A stretch of 64,000 bases of DNA, taken from the NCBI RefSeq assembly GCF_004010195.1, contig NC_057718.1, forward strand, positions 42,360,901 to 42,424,900. The letters run 5' to 3'. A program made the position numbers and the translations under genes. This DNA is from Chiloscyllium plagiosum (lineage: Eukaryota). Below are positions 12,870-24,745 of the stretch, one piece after another (position 1 is the first letter of the stretch; every line of letters begins with the position of its first letter). The notes under the pieces were generated by a model, which worked only from the letters and a program-made list of their open reading frames with translations, searched no databases and was not told the DNA's origin.

Positions 12870-14400
12870 GAGGGGACGTGGTGGCACAGTGGCAATGTCA
12901 CTTGACTAGTTTGCCAGAATCACAGGCTAATGTTCTATGGATATGGGTTTACATCATGTGATAGCTGATAATGGAATTTGAATTCAATATTAACCTGGAA
13001 TAAAAAGCTGGCTATATGAAAAACACATCGGTGGTGGGCAAGTTGTTGGAGGGAATCCTGAGGGACAGAATGTACATGTATTTGGAAAGTCAAGGACTGA
13101 TTAGGGATAGACAACATGGCTTTGTGCATTGGAAATCATGTCTAAGAAACTTGATTGAGTTTTTTTAAAGAAGTAACAAAGAGGATTGAGGGCAGAGCAG
13201 TAGACATGATCTATATGGACTTCAGGCAGGCGTTCAACAAGGTTCCACATGGAAGATTGACTAGCAAGGTTAGATCTCATGGAATACGGGGAGAACCAGC
13301 CATTTGGATACAGAATAGTTTTTCATACTGAAGGCCTGTGACCAGTGAAGTGCCACAAGGATCGGTGCTGGGTCCACTACTTTTTGTCTTTTATATAAAT
13401 GATTTGGATGTGAGCATAACAGGTATAGTTAGTAAGTTTGCAGATGACATCAAAATTGGAGGTGTCATGGACAGTGAAGAAGCTTACCTCAGATTACAAC
13501 AGGATCTTGGTCAGATTGGCCAATGGACTGAGTAATTTAGATAAATGCAAGGTGCTGCATTTTGGGAAAGTAAGTCTTAGCAGGACCTATACACTTAATG
13601 GTAAGGGAGTGTTGCTGAACAAAGTCACCTTGGAGTGCAGATCCATAGCTCCTTGAAAATAGAGTCACAGGTAGATAGGATAATGAAGGCAGCGTTTTGT
13701 ATGCTTTCCTTAATGGTCAGAGCATTGAGTATAGGAGTTGGGAGGTCATGATGCAGCTGTACAGGATGTTAATTAAGCCAGTTTTGGAATATCGCGTGCA
13801 ATTCTCGTCTCCTTCCTATTGGAAGGTTGTTGTGAAACTTGAAAGAGTTCAGAAAAGAGTTACAAGGATGTTGCCAGGGTTGGAGGATTTGAGCTACAGG
13901 GAGAGGTGGAATAGGCTGGGGCTGTCTTCCCTGGACTGTTGGAGGCTGAGGGGTGACCTTACAGAAGTTTATAAAATCATGAGGGGCGTGGATAGGGCAT
14001 TGGGTGGGGAAGTCCAGAACCAGTGGGCATAGGCTTAGGGTGAAGGGGAAGATATAAAAGGGGCAACTTTTTTACACAGGATGGTGCGCGTGTGGAATGG
14101 GCTGCCAGAAAAAGTGGTGGAGGCTAGTACAATCGCAACATTGAAAAGGCATCTGGATGGGGATACGAATTGGAAGGGTTTGGAAGGATATGGGCCGGGT
14201 GCTAGCAGGTGGGATTAGATTAGATTGGAATATGTGGTTGGCATGGATAAATTGGACCAAAGGATCTGTTTCCGTACTGTACATCTCTATGACTCCAGAC
14301 CCATAGCAATGGGATTGTCTTACAAATACTTCTGGACAATTAAGGATGGGCCTTAAATGCTGGCTCAGCCAGGATGCCTTCATCCCATGAAGTAATGTTT
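12870..14400 (+). mobile_element. tRNA-derived SINE (about 12870-13015 and 14290-14400) split by a HER1/CR1 LINE (about 13025-14290)
   Basis: LINE peptides VPQGSVLGPLLF..YINDLD..VSKFADD and LERVQKR.TRMLPGLE. The SINE halves match the copy at 28742-29040. Confidence 0.85.
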
Positions 14401-14421
14401 AAAGGATGAACACTATAAAGT

Positions 14422-14549
14422 CCTGAAGAAGGGTTACACCTGAAATGTTGACTTCTCCACTTCTTGGTACTGCCTAGCTTGCTGTGTTCTTCCAGCCTCC
14501 TGTTTGTCTACTTTGGATTCCAGCATCTGCAGTGATTTTGTCTCTTACT
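14422..14549 (+). mobile_element. Short hammerhead-headed retroposon (degenerate)
   Basis: cCTGAAGAagggttacacctGAAAtgtt head and ccagcatctgcag tail motif. TSD ctataaagt at 14413-14421 and 14550-14558. Confidence 0.7.
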
Positions 14550-14709
14550 CTATAAAGTTAGGCAAATAATCTCTTACTACGTTTGAGTGAAGCAAAAGTG
14601 TGTTTTAAAAGTAACTTTAAATGTCAGATTTGCCATTATGTTTGCATATCAACAAACAGTCTTTATCTTGTTAGAACATAATTCAATTAGATAATTTGAA
14701 CATTTTTGA

Positions 14710-15160
14710 GTCTTAGAGTTAAGGCAGCATGGAAACAGACATTTCGATTCAACTCATCCATGCAGATCAGATATTCTGAATTAATCCAATCCCATTTGCC
14801 AGCATTTGGTCCAAAAGCCTCAAACCCCTCCAATCATAAAGCCATCCAGATTCCTTTTAAATGTTGTATTTGTACCAGCCATCACCACTTCCTCTGGCAG
14901 CTCAATCCATACACATACCACCCTCTGCGTGAAAACATTGCCCCTTAGATCCCTTTTAATTCTTTCCCCTCTCACCTTAAACCTATGCCCTCTAGGTTTG
15001 GCCATGATTTTATAAACTTCTATAAGCTCACCCCTCAGCCTCCAATGCTCCAGGGAAAATAGCCCCAACCTTGGCAACATCCTTGTAAATCTTTTCTGAA
15101 CCATTTCAATTTTATAACATCCCTCAAAAACAGGGAGACCATAACTGAGACCAGAATTAA
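14710..15160 (-). mobile_element. HER1/CR1 LINE 3' fragment with internal deletions
   Basis: ORF 14820-15104 VQKRFTRMLP..RLRGELIEVYKIM..RGHRFKVRGER. Confidence 0.85.
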
Positions 15161-15194
15161 AAACAAAATCTAAAGGAACAGCTAAATAAAAGCA

Positions 15195-15315
15195 TAATAC
15201 TGCTGATACTGGATATCTGAAATCAAAAGAGAAAATAATGGAGAAAGCTTGACTGGCAGCATCAGCGGAGATAGGAACACAGTTAATGTTTTGAGTTTGA
15301 CATTTCTTCAGAATA
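15195..15315 (-). mobile_element. Old copy of a second short PLE-derived family; further copies at about 15875-15990 (-), 26280-26385 (-) and 28240-28365 (+)
   Basis: Shared ctgaagaa...aaacattaact head and gatgctgccag / ccagcat tail motifs, similar to the hammerhead-headed family. Confidence 0.5.
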
Positions 15316-16924
15316 TCTGCATACTTTTGGAAAGGGGAATATAAGGGCAGGATTAGTGATTATATTGGGAATCCAGGATGCCACTTCAAAGCCAACCATC
15401 ACCTCTTAAATGAGAGCTGTGTGTGGCTGCATAAACTGCAATAATGTTGGAAAAGATGACTAAATGAAGGAATAATTGCAATTAAGAGTCTCAGATATTG
15501 CACCAAACGTCCTGCAGAAAATGCAGGAAGTGAAAAATAAATATCCTTCATCACTTGGGGCAGAAAATCCTCCATGCATCTACTTGTGAAGCAATGAAAA
15601 GAGTTGGTTAAGACCAGAAGAATGGCCATGTAGAATGCCACAAAGCAAGGGGAAACAATCAATTATTTTACTAGACTTGTTGAGGTAAGAAGAATGCCAA
15701 GATACCTTTTGTTCAGAACTGCAACACCTAGAATCTCACTTCATTTATGTGGTTCATAAATAGCATTCTTGCCTCTATGTTAAAAGATTACAGGTTCAAT
15801 TTGTACTCCAGAGGTTTGAGCACATAATTCAGACAGTGACACAGGTAACAAAGCAGATTTGATGTGTAATCAAAGCAATATACTGTGGATGCTGGGAACC
15901 TGACGTAAAAGCAGAAAATGCTGGAGAAATTCAGTAAGTATGTGCAAACAGGAACAAAGTTAACATTGAGTCCAAACTGACACATTTTCCTTTACATATC
16001 GGCTAGACGAGAGAAAAATCACAGATTCCATTCTCTAAAGGATATTAGTGAACCAGATAGATTTTCACAAGAATCAACAATAGTTCCATGGTCGTTATTA
16101 TTGAGACTATCTTTATATTCCAGCTTATTGAATTTAAAGCCTACCAGCTGTTGTGGTAGACATTGAACACATAGCCTGGACTATTGGATTAATTATCCAG
16201 TACATCAGCAGCTCTCCTTATCCAGTTATAATGACCAAAATTCACATTGAGTTGATTTGGAATTCCTTTTAAAATTTGCCTTACAATGTTATCAAATGGA
16301 AAAAAAAGTACAGAGTTAATAATTGGCACCATTAATCAGCCAGAGGATTTGGAGTTTATTTTAGAAATGATATTAATTGTGTTACTTAAGAACATTTGCA
16401 CTATTGATTGATTTCTTTACAATCACCAGTTACACATTTTGTCTATGGTCCAAGCACATAAACTGGTTTAACGTACCACTGAAAAACATTTCCAATTCCT
16501 GAACTTATTTCACCACACTGTAACCAAGAAGGCCTTGCTTATATTGGACTAAACACACTCATGAAGAAGAACAATAGCATGAGCTTTAAAGTGAATCATC
16601 GGCAATGATGCAAAATCAAAGAAGAAATTGCAACATGTTTTCTGTCAATAATTCATATTTCTTTGACTTACTACTATCATGTAAGAGTACAGAATACCTA
16701 CCAAATTTACCTCTATTTTGTTCCTACAATTACGTTTAATATAAATAGAAATATTGGTGATGTGCTGCTTTCTACAAATTATTAATGTTGCATAAGTCTG
16801 TGATTGTGTACATTATGAATAACTGAGAACCATTTGTGACATTAACTGGAAGAAAAACAAAACAAGAACAATCCCTTTTTATCAAAAAATGCCAAAGCTG
16901 CTCCATGACGATAAAAGAACATAC

Positions 16925-17125
16925 CTGTGGTTTCTTCCAGCCTAAATGTGGCAGTCGCCCTAACGAAGGAGAGGTGCATGGAATTTCAGGTATTGATGGA
17001 TCCACAAGACCCTCAGTGATATCCTTTTTCTGAGATGAATTAGGAGTCAATGGCCTGACCTGTTGCAACCTGCACTCCATCTCATTTGGGCACAGCAAAT
17101 ATGGAGAGTTATAAATACCTGGAAG
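16925..17125 (-). CDS. SPATA17: SPATA17 coding exon (201 bp, phase 0/0): LPGIYNSPYLLCPNEMECRLQQVRPLTPNSSQKKDITEGLVDPSIPEIPCTSPSLGRLPHLGWKKPQ
   Basis: Acceptor cctttctacctAG|CTTCCAGGT, donor CCACAG|GTatgt. Matches recalled human IPGIYNSPF...WELQLQKAKPLT. 67 codons with no stop. Confidence 0.9.
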
Positions 17126-20100
17126 CTAGGTAGAAAGGTAACAGGTATTAACTCTCAGCTATGAAGCAATGCACAAAAATATAAACTCTAAATTTGCAAC
17201 AACCTCAAAATGAAAACAAACTTAGACCAACCATGGTTAGATGTATTTAGTGAACTAATATACCAAAAATAGTTCCATAAATATATGAGAGCAATGAAAA
17301 TGCAACTATTTTTGGCATTAAACTCGTACAAACTCCAAATGGAAATGACAACCTCATATCAAATTTAATCAGTCAGAAAAAATTACAGATTTGTGCCAAA
17401 ATTATAAAGCAACATATTCTAAATGCTTGTGCGCAAGTCACATATTTCTTCTCCGTAACCATTTAAGTTTTGTCATAAACTTCAGCAGCCTTTTGCCAGC
17501 AGTGGCCTGGGAATCCATTTTCTTTGGCAATTTTCTAAACCGATAAAGACTTTGGGGAAATCTGCACTCGCTGTTTTAAAAAAAAACACACACCTGGGTT
17601 CATGCTGTACGTTCAAGCTAAAACTGAACTCAATAAAGCTGTTGAATTCTCAGGAGCGACCCTGTTAATAGCTTCCTTCTGACCTCTCTGCATCAAGTTC
17701 TACTTCTGGCTAGTATACTGATCACACAGTGGGGCAAATGAGCTGTGAAAACACTGATATTTTTAAGTATAAAATTCTGGTTGTCGTGAAAGAGAAAATA
17801 AGTTATGCAGGCGACACACTTTTGGCACTTTAAGTCCCCCTCCATCAGAGGAATTCATGCATGAACTAGAATATTAATTGCACCAGGTCAAGCATATCTG
17901 CAAACGTGCCTTTTGTTGGCCAGTCATCCATTGAATAGCATTTAAATTCTGGACCCTTTTGCAAAGCTATCAATCCATCAGTCAGCTTCCTCCCCAATCT
18001 AGATGTTTTTCATATAGGCCTTTTATAATTAGGGCCACAGGGGATGGCAAGAAAAGGCACAAGAAGTTTAATGACCGTAAAGAAGAGCATGAAGGAGATC
18101 AGTGAATGAAGTATTTGCCTGAGATAGGATTGCTGAATCAACACTGACCAACATACTTCATCATAATTATCAAGACATGCAACTGCCACGAGATTTATAA
18201 AAATCGCACTCAGCAAATAATTGACCTGATGTTAAGAAGAAGGTGGATTGTTAGCACATTGCCAAAACATGCAATAAGATATTCAAGATTTAATTATTCT
18301 CAATGAAAGCTCAAAAGGTAACATTTGACTTGCCAAGTGCACAATTTCACTTTTAACTGAATGGTTGTAAACACATTTATGGGTACTCCTGAGAGAACTG
18401 AAATTATACATTGCCATACACGTACATCCTTTCATCACACAAATGCTTTGCGAAGATTAATTAAACAAATATAATAATTAATGCAGAAAGTAATTACCAA
18501 AACAAGCCACTTGAGAAGCAGAGATGACCTAATACTAACTATGACTTACTTTTTCAGACTACTAAAGCCACAGTTTGAAACACAGAGATAAACCAAACAT
18601 TTCCCCCAAAACCCTGAAAACTAAACCAAATTTGCACTGAAATATAAAACATAACAATCACAAGTAACTTTTGTATTTTAAACATAAGTATGCATACTGG
18701 AAGAGGAAATTAATTTTAGAATTAGTCAAACTTCTAAATGATACTTAAATGTTTTATTACAAATATTTAACAAATATCTGGAGTTATTAAAATTCTGACA
18801 ATTAAGTAGAACAGGAGAATCTGCAGCATTTTATAACTGATTCTTTTGGGTAATCTTTGATGAAAACAAAAACGTTTTAGTTTGAATGTGCAATTTACAG
18901 AGAGGCAGAATTTGAATGTGCAATCTTAGTTATAAATTTGAAAAAACATTAATTAAGATTCAATTAATAGCCATCATTTTTGTCATCCTCTTTAATCTAT
19001 AATAAAAAAGCTATTCTTAGCATTTCATCAATTCCTTTACAATATGCTAAATAATAATTAAACTAAAGGTATAACATTTCTATCATAATTTTTGTTTTGT
19101 TTTCTGAGATAAATAACAGTAAGTTGAGTATCGTAAACTATATGCTATTTTTGCTGTTACATTTTTCATTTAAACATTAATGCATTTTTATGTTTAATTT
19201 TGCATTTCTTTACCGCTTTTTCAGATTTAATTCTTTGTTTTCATTAATGAAATTTTGTTGTTGGAGAGTGCACAAACTCTTTATAGTGATTCAAATTACC
19301 TACAAGATTTATGTAGTTTTTTTCTGAACTTTAAAGTATGCATTACAACACAAGTAAAGGGACAACTTCATGATATTGGCAAAGCAATACAAATAATTAA
19401 TTTTGGAAGATAACTAAACGTAAATTCACACAAGTTGAAGTACTCCCAATAATTATACTGTGGGCATTTTCTAGCAAAGACTTTACATAGCAAATATAAA
19501 GCATTACATTCTAAGAATTAAAGTATCTAATTATATTGAAATAATTTAAATTAGGAGCAATTTCAGTTATTTGTATTTAATTGCAATATCTTCTCAAAAG
19601 CCATTTAATTTTCGCTATGATCAGTTATTTTTGAGAACTTTAAAAATTATCAGTGAAAATAATTATATCATAAACTGATTCAGAATTAACATTTGACTAA
19701 ACTTAAACTACAGAAAATGGATATTGTAAATTTGAATGTTATATTTGGAAGCATTCTGCCACAAATTATTTTAACAGGTTGACGAGCAGGAATTATTGTG
19801 TTATTACAATTTTTATTGTACAACAAATTAGCCTTGATTACAACTTGTTCAAAATTCAATGAGAAAACTGTTAACAGACACAATTAATTGCCTTCTATGA
19901 GCAGCATTCAAAACTGACTACATGATTGAGGTGCCTATCTTTACAATACACCTGTTCAAATACGTACTACCTATTGCACACAATACCTTGTAGTCTGCAA
20001 TTCAACAAACAACTGTGTGTGTTAATTTTCAAAGCTCTAAGAATGCATTTAAAGGATAATTGGCTTGTCATATGATGATGACTTGCAAATGAGGATTTTT

Positions 20101-20789
20101 GGCTTTTAAAGCACTATTTATGCCGGTGTAATTTAAGGCACTGTAAAATAAAGACACGTGCTGCTGTGGTTGTACATCAGACATGCCTGACTTCACATCT
20201 AAGTCCAAAACATTACAGGTCAGCTGTTGCTGTGTATACAATTAAACTAATCGTTCCATAAGAGATGCATGGGTTTAAAAAGAGCTGTTAGAATACCCGA
20301 GATGATAGCACAAGGGTAAATACATTATCTTAGTTCTATACTACATGTGAAATAATTCAGTTCCTATACAAAGAATGATTGTATACATCACTCCTGTAAG
20401 TAGTTTATGTGTTGGCTTTAAAGGAATATATTTAATTACTTTTTTCCCTATTTTGAATCTGCAAATGATTCTAATGTTCACTGAAAGCGTTAAGTATAGC
20501 AGCAATTTGGGATGACAGAGTGGAAGTCAACGTGCACCTTTTAGTAGATTTTAGCATCAGCTGGGAAGGATGATAGATATTTTTGATCCAAGTCTAGAGG
20601 ATCATTTGGTAAGGAACATGTATTTGAATGGGGCACATTGATTTGATGTCAAATAATGTTAAGCAATTTGTACACCATTTTGTTCAGAATAAAGTTTTCG
20701 GTGAAGGAGACTAGTGTTCGGCAAAATAATTCACTACCATGACTTTATGCAAGGTGATACAAAAAATTAGTATGTTTTACAGCCTTGTC

Positions 20790-21350
20790 TCACAAGATGA
20801 TTGCGCAGTGGTGGTCAACTGTCTGTAAAACAAAATGTGCCTTGGCACACATTTTCTGCAGCATTTGTTCCAGAAGAAGTCACTAGGGAAGGTGAAGTTT
20901 TTACTGGACTCCATTTTCTCTGGGCCTTCTTGGCCAGCTGATCTTTTCGTTCTACCCACTTCTTGCAAAAAGAACATCAGAGGAATCAGGTCATTCTGCT
21001 TGGCAGTTGTCAATGTCAATATCTTGTATTTTCATATTTCACTTGTAGGTGTTCTTGTGGTAGAAACATGGGCATTCAGGAGACCAGTTCACCGACCAGT
21101 TCATCATCCAGTAGGTCTTTAGGTATGTAGCCATCACCCACCTCATCAATAGCATTGAATCTAAGCCAATGAAATTAATGTGTATCTATTATTTTGATCA
21201 TTATATCACTTGCCCTACTGAAGGAATGTCTGAGACAGCAATGGTGCTAACTGTTCAGTCTTTTCTTTGCATAGTATATCATGTCCAGGTCTCATGATAC
21301 TATAATGTACTGAGTGTGAGTTAAGAAGTAGTAACTTAGTTACTTTTGTC
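20790..21350 (-). mobile_element. Ancient RTE-clade LINE 3' fragment
   Basis: Minus-strand GYIPKDLLDDEL...CPCFYHKNTYK*NMK..DIDIDN resembles the RTE RIPKDLLYGEL...RP.LRYKD..K.DMK segment. Terminal Cys motif NKCCRKC. Confidence 0.6.
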
Positions 21351-22199
21351 TGCCCCAAAATATTCCACAACGTATTTGTAAATCTTTGAGATATTGAAAT
21401 TAAATAAGCTAGTTTACATCTCAACTTGGAAAGTTTGGGTAAAAAAGGAAACATTAACATTTTTACTGAATCATAATACAAAACTACACTCACAAGCACA
21501 AATCTATTGTGGAATATCTATTTGATGTTACTTTAGATAGCGCAATCAAATCACCATAATAATTACAAATGTGAAACTGAGAATACAGAGTGCGTAAGTA
21601 TCTCATACATTAGGTTTTTGCTATCCACCACTGTCAATATTGATTATCTGTTCATTTTAATAAGCTAAATGGAAGGTTTTACAAAATTGAAATCAGCTGC
21701 TTAAAAAGCTGTAAACATTCAAAATACTAAGCATTTGAGCTGTTAATAAGATCTGAACTTTACTGAATTCTCAAAAAGCCATTAGCTTACATCTAATGCC
21801 AACGTTCCTAGATATTCACTAATGTTAAGAATCTGACCAAAAGATCAACAAGACTGATCATAATTGTAGATGACACACAATGTCAATCAGACGTAAAACT
21901 CCAGTCTGCAAACTGGAAAGCTCTTGCCAAGTATTGTAAGAGATATTTTTAGAAGCTTCAAATATTTTAATATAACCTATATCAAAGCCAATGAAGATTT
22001 GATCATTTATACAGTGGCAGTTAGGCAGGACTTGATTTCTGGAAGTTTACGTAGTAACAAAGCTTTACACTAAACATAACTATAGGTCTAAGCAAGAAAT
22101 ACTTTGAAGTATCACATTTTCATTAAATCTCCATCATTTTTACTATCTCATAAGGAAATTATATTTAAAGATATACCTCTTCCAGAATGCAAACATAAT

Positions 22200-22870
22200 T
22201 ACTTTTCTAAACTGATGGTAGTTATAACTTCTGGCATTATATATATTACTATGTCCATCTTTCAGAATTTGCAGCATCTTCTTTTGGCTTCTACTACTGT
22301 ACTTGCAGTCACCACTGGTTATTCACACTTCTTCATCTCCTCCTTGCAACCACCCAACTCTCTTTCAGAGTCCTGCCATATTTAAATCGCTCATTACCAT
22401 GTGCCTTTCAAGTTAGTCTTTGGCCTTCCTCTTCTGCTTCCTGGTAGTCTGATTATACACCTCATCACATCTGCTGTCTCTCCATAACAGCTGATCATAC
22501 GACTTCAGCTACTTTCTTTAATGCTCCCAGTCTTTATGAGTCCCTGATCTGTTGGTTCATGATGTTGTCCTTTCTCAATGCTTTACACACCCATCTTAGT
22601 GTTCACATTGAGTCATTGTTCCTTTCTTCTTGATTTTGCCTATATTTCTGCACAATTAAACAAGATGGTATCACTATCGTTGTAAGTTTCAGTGATATTT
22701 TTCTATTACACAATACTCCACTACACTTATTCCAATTACTCCAATCACAGCTAATCCTTTACTTAATTTCCACTTCTCTGAATTCCATCTTCTACCATCA
22801 CTGACCATAGGTACTTTCAACTGTTAACTTTCTCCAAAATCTTCAGACATAATTGTTTCAACCAACATAC
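22200..22870 (-). mobile_element. Ancient RTE-like LINE fragment
   Basis: Minus-strand PGSRRGRP and a KYL-like motif. Very degenerate. Confidence 0.4.
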
Positions 22871-23479
22871 TGATCCCTCTTTTGTAGATTCAGACTGGCA
22901 ATCCATAAATTATTCAATTGAAAATTTCTTTACATTAGAATATTGCATGATACTCTGATTCCTGAACTTGGCCATTTTTGAATTTCACATTTGAGCATCT
23001 CTGGAAGGAAGGACATCAGTTAAATACAGAATAAATTTCAACAAGGATATGACAGAATAACCTGTTGACAATCACTGTAGATGCCGACTGTGTATATGAA
23101 ATAAACCACTTGAGTAAGTTAGGAAAGCAGTCAATGTAAGTGAAATTTCACTCCAACAGTCGTATTATTGAATGAGAAATCCACTTGTGTCAATGATAAC
23201 AGTTTGGAGATAGTAATAGAGTCTTTTTAAACCTAAAGAAATACTTCTAGCAGACAGACCTGTCCTTTAACTAAGTTTAAAAGCACTCTCAAATGCATAA
23301 TTAAACTATTTTGCTTCTTTTTTTTCTGATTTCAGATGCAATCATGGTTTGTTTAATTTCACAGAATTTCTCAAGTAAGTGTCATTAGATCATTGCTGTG
23401 GCTGGCCTGTATCACAATTTAGTTTAGCACTGCAAATATACACTTTCCAGCAGTGATAATTCGACAGTAAACAGGATTA

Positions 23480-24745
23480 AAAATGATTTGGATGCGAGCA
23501 TAAGAGGTACAGTTAATAAGTTTGCTATTGATATCAAAATTGGAGGTGTAATGGACAGCAAAGAAGGTTACCTCAGATTACAACAGGATCTTGATCAGGT
23601 GGGCCAATGGACTGAGACGTGACAGATGGAGTTTAATTCAGATAAATGCTCGCATCCAAATCATTTTGGGAAAGCAAAATCTTAGCAGGACTGTGTGAAG
23701 TCCTACGGAGTGTTGCTGAACAGAGACCTTGGAGTGCAGGTTCATAGCTCCTTGAAAGTGGAGTCGCAGGTAGATAGGATAGTGAAAAAAGCGTTTGGTA
23801 TGCTTTCCTTTATTGGTCAGATTATTGAGTACAGGAGTTGGGAGGTCATGTTGCAGACATTGGTTAGGCCACTGTTGGAATATTGCGTGCAATTCTGGTC
23901 TCCTTCCTATTGGAAAGATGTTGTGAAACTTGAATGGGTTCAGAAAAGACGTACAAGATGTTGCCAGGGTTGGAGGGTTTAAGCTATAGGGAGAGGCTGA
24001 ACAGGCTGGGGTTGTTTTCCCTGGAGCGTCGGAGGCCGAGGGGTGACCTTATAGAGGTTTACAAAATTATGAGGGGCATGGATAGGATAAATAGACAAAG
24101 TCTTTTCCCTGGGGTCGGGGAGTCCAGAACCAAAGGGCATAGGTTTAGAGTGAGAGGGGAAAGATATAAAAGAGACTCAATTCGATTCGATTCCCTACAG
24201 CATGGAAACAGGCCCTTCGGCCCAACAAGTCCACACTGACCTTCTGAAGAGCAACCCACCCAGACCGATTCCCCTACATTTATCCCTGACTAATGCACCT
24301 AACACTACGGGCAATTTAGCCATTTCACCTAACCTGCACATCTTTGGACTGTGGGAGAAAACCGGAGCACCCGGAGGAAACCCAGGCAGACACGGGGAGA
24401 ATGTGCAAACTCCACACAGACAGTTGCCCGATGCGGGTATTGAACCCGGGTCCCTGGCATTGTGAGGCAGCAGTGTTAACCACTGAGCCACCCCTAAGAG
24501 GCAACTTTTTCACACAGAGGGTGGTACGTGTATGGAATGAGCTGCCAGAGGAGGTGGTGGACGCTGATACAATTGCAACATTTAAAAGGCATTTGGATGG
24601 GTATATGAATAGGAAGGGTTTGGAGCGATATGGGCTGGGTGCTGGCAGGTGGAACTAGGATGGGTTGGAATATCTGGTCGGCATGGATGGGTTGGACCGA
24701 AGGTCTGTTTCCGTGCTGTACATCTCTATGACTGTGACTCTATAA
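23480..24745 (+). mobile_element. HER1/CR1 LINE 3' part
   Basis: RDLGVQVHSSLKVESQVDRIVKKAFGML..LVRPLLEYCVQFWSP; RVVRVWNELPEEVV; tail catctctatgact. Confidence 0.92.
24179..24492 (-). mobile_element. HE1-type SINE nested in HER1
   Basis: A/B-box head ggtggctcagtggttaac..gggttcaatacc and a (gaatc)n tail. It interrupts LINE sequence aaagagac|ctaagaggc. Confidence 0.9.

Noticed and set aside
1..16924. Next SPATA17 exon (GPFR...) or a nested gene
   Set aside because: No matching peptide with splice sites was found by eye in the non-repeat gaps. It is probably beyond the window edge.
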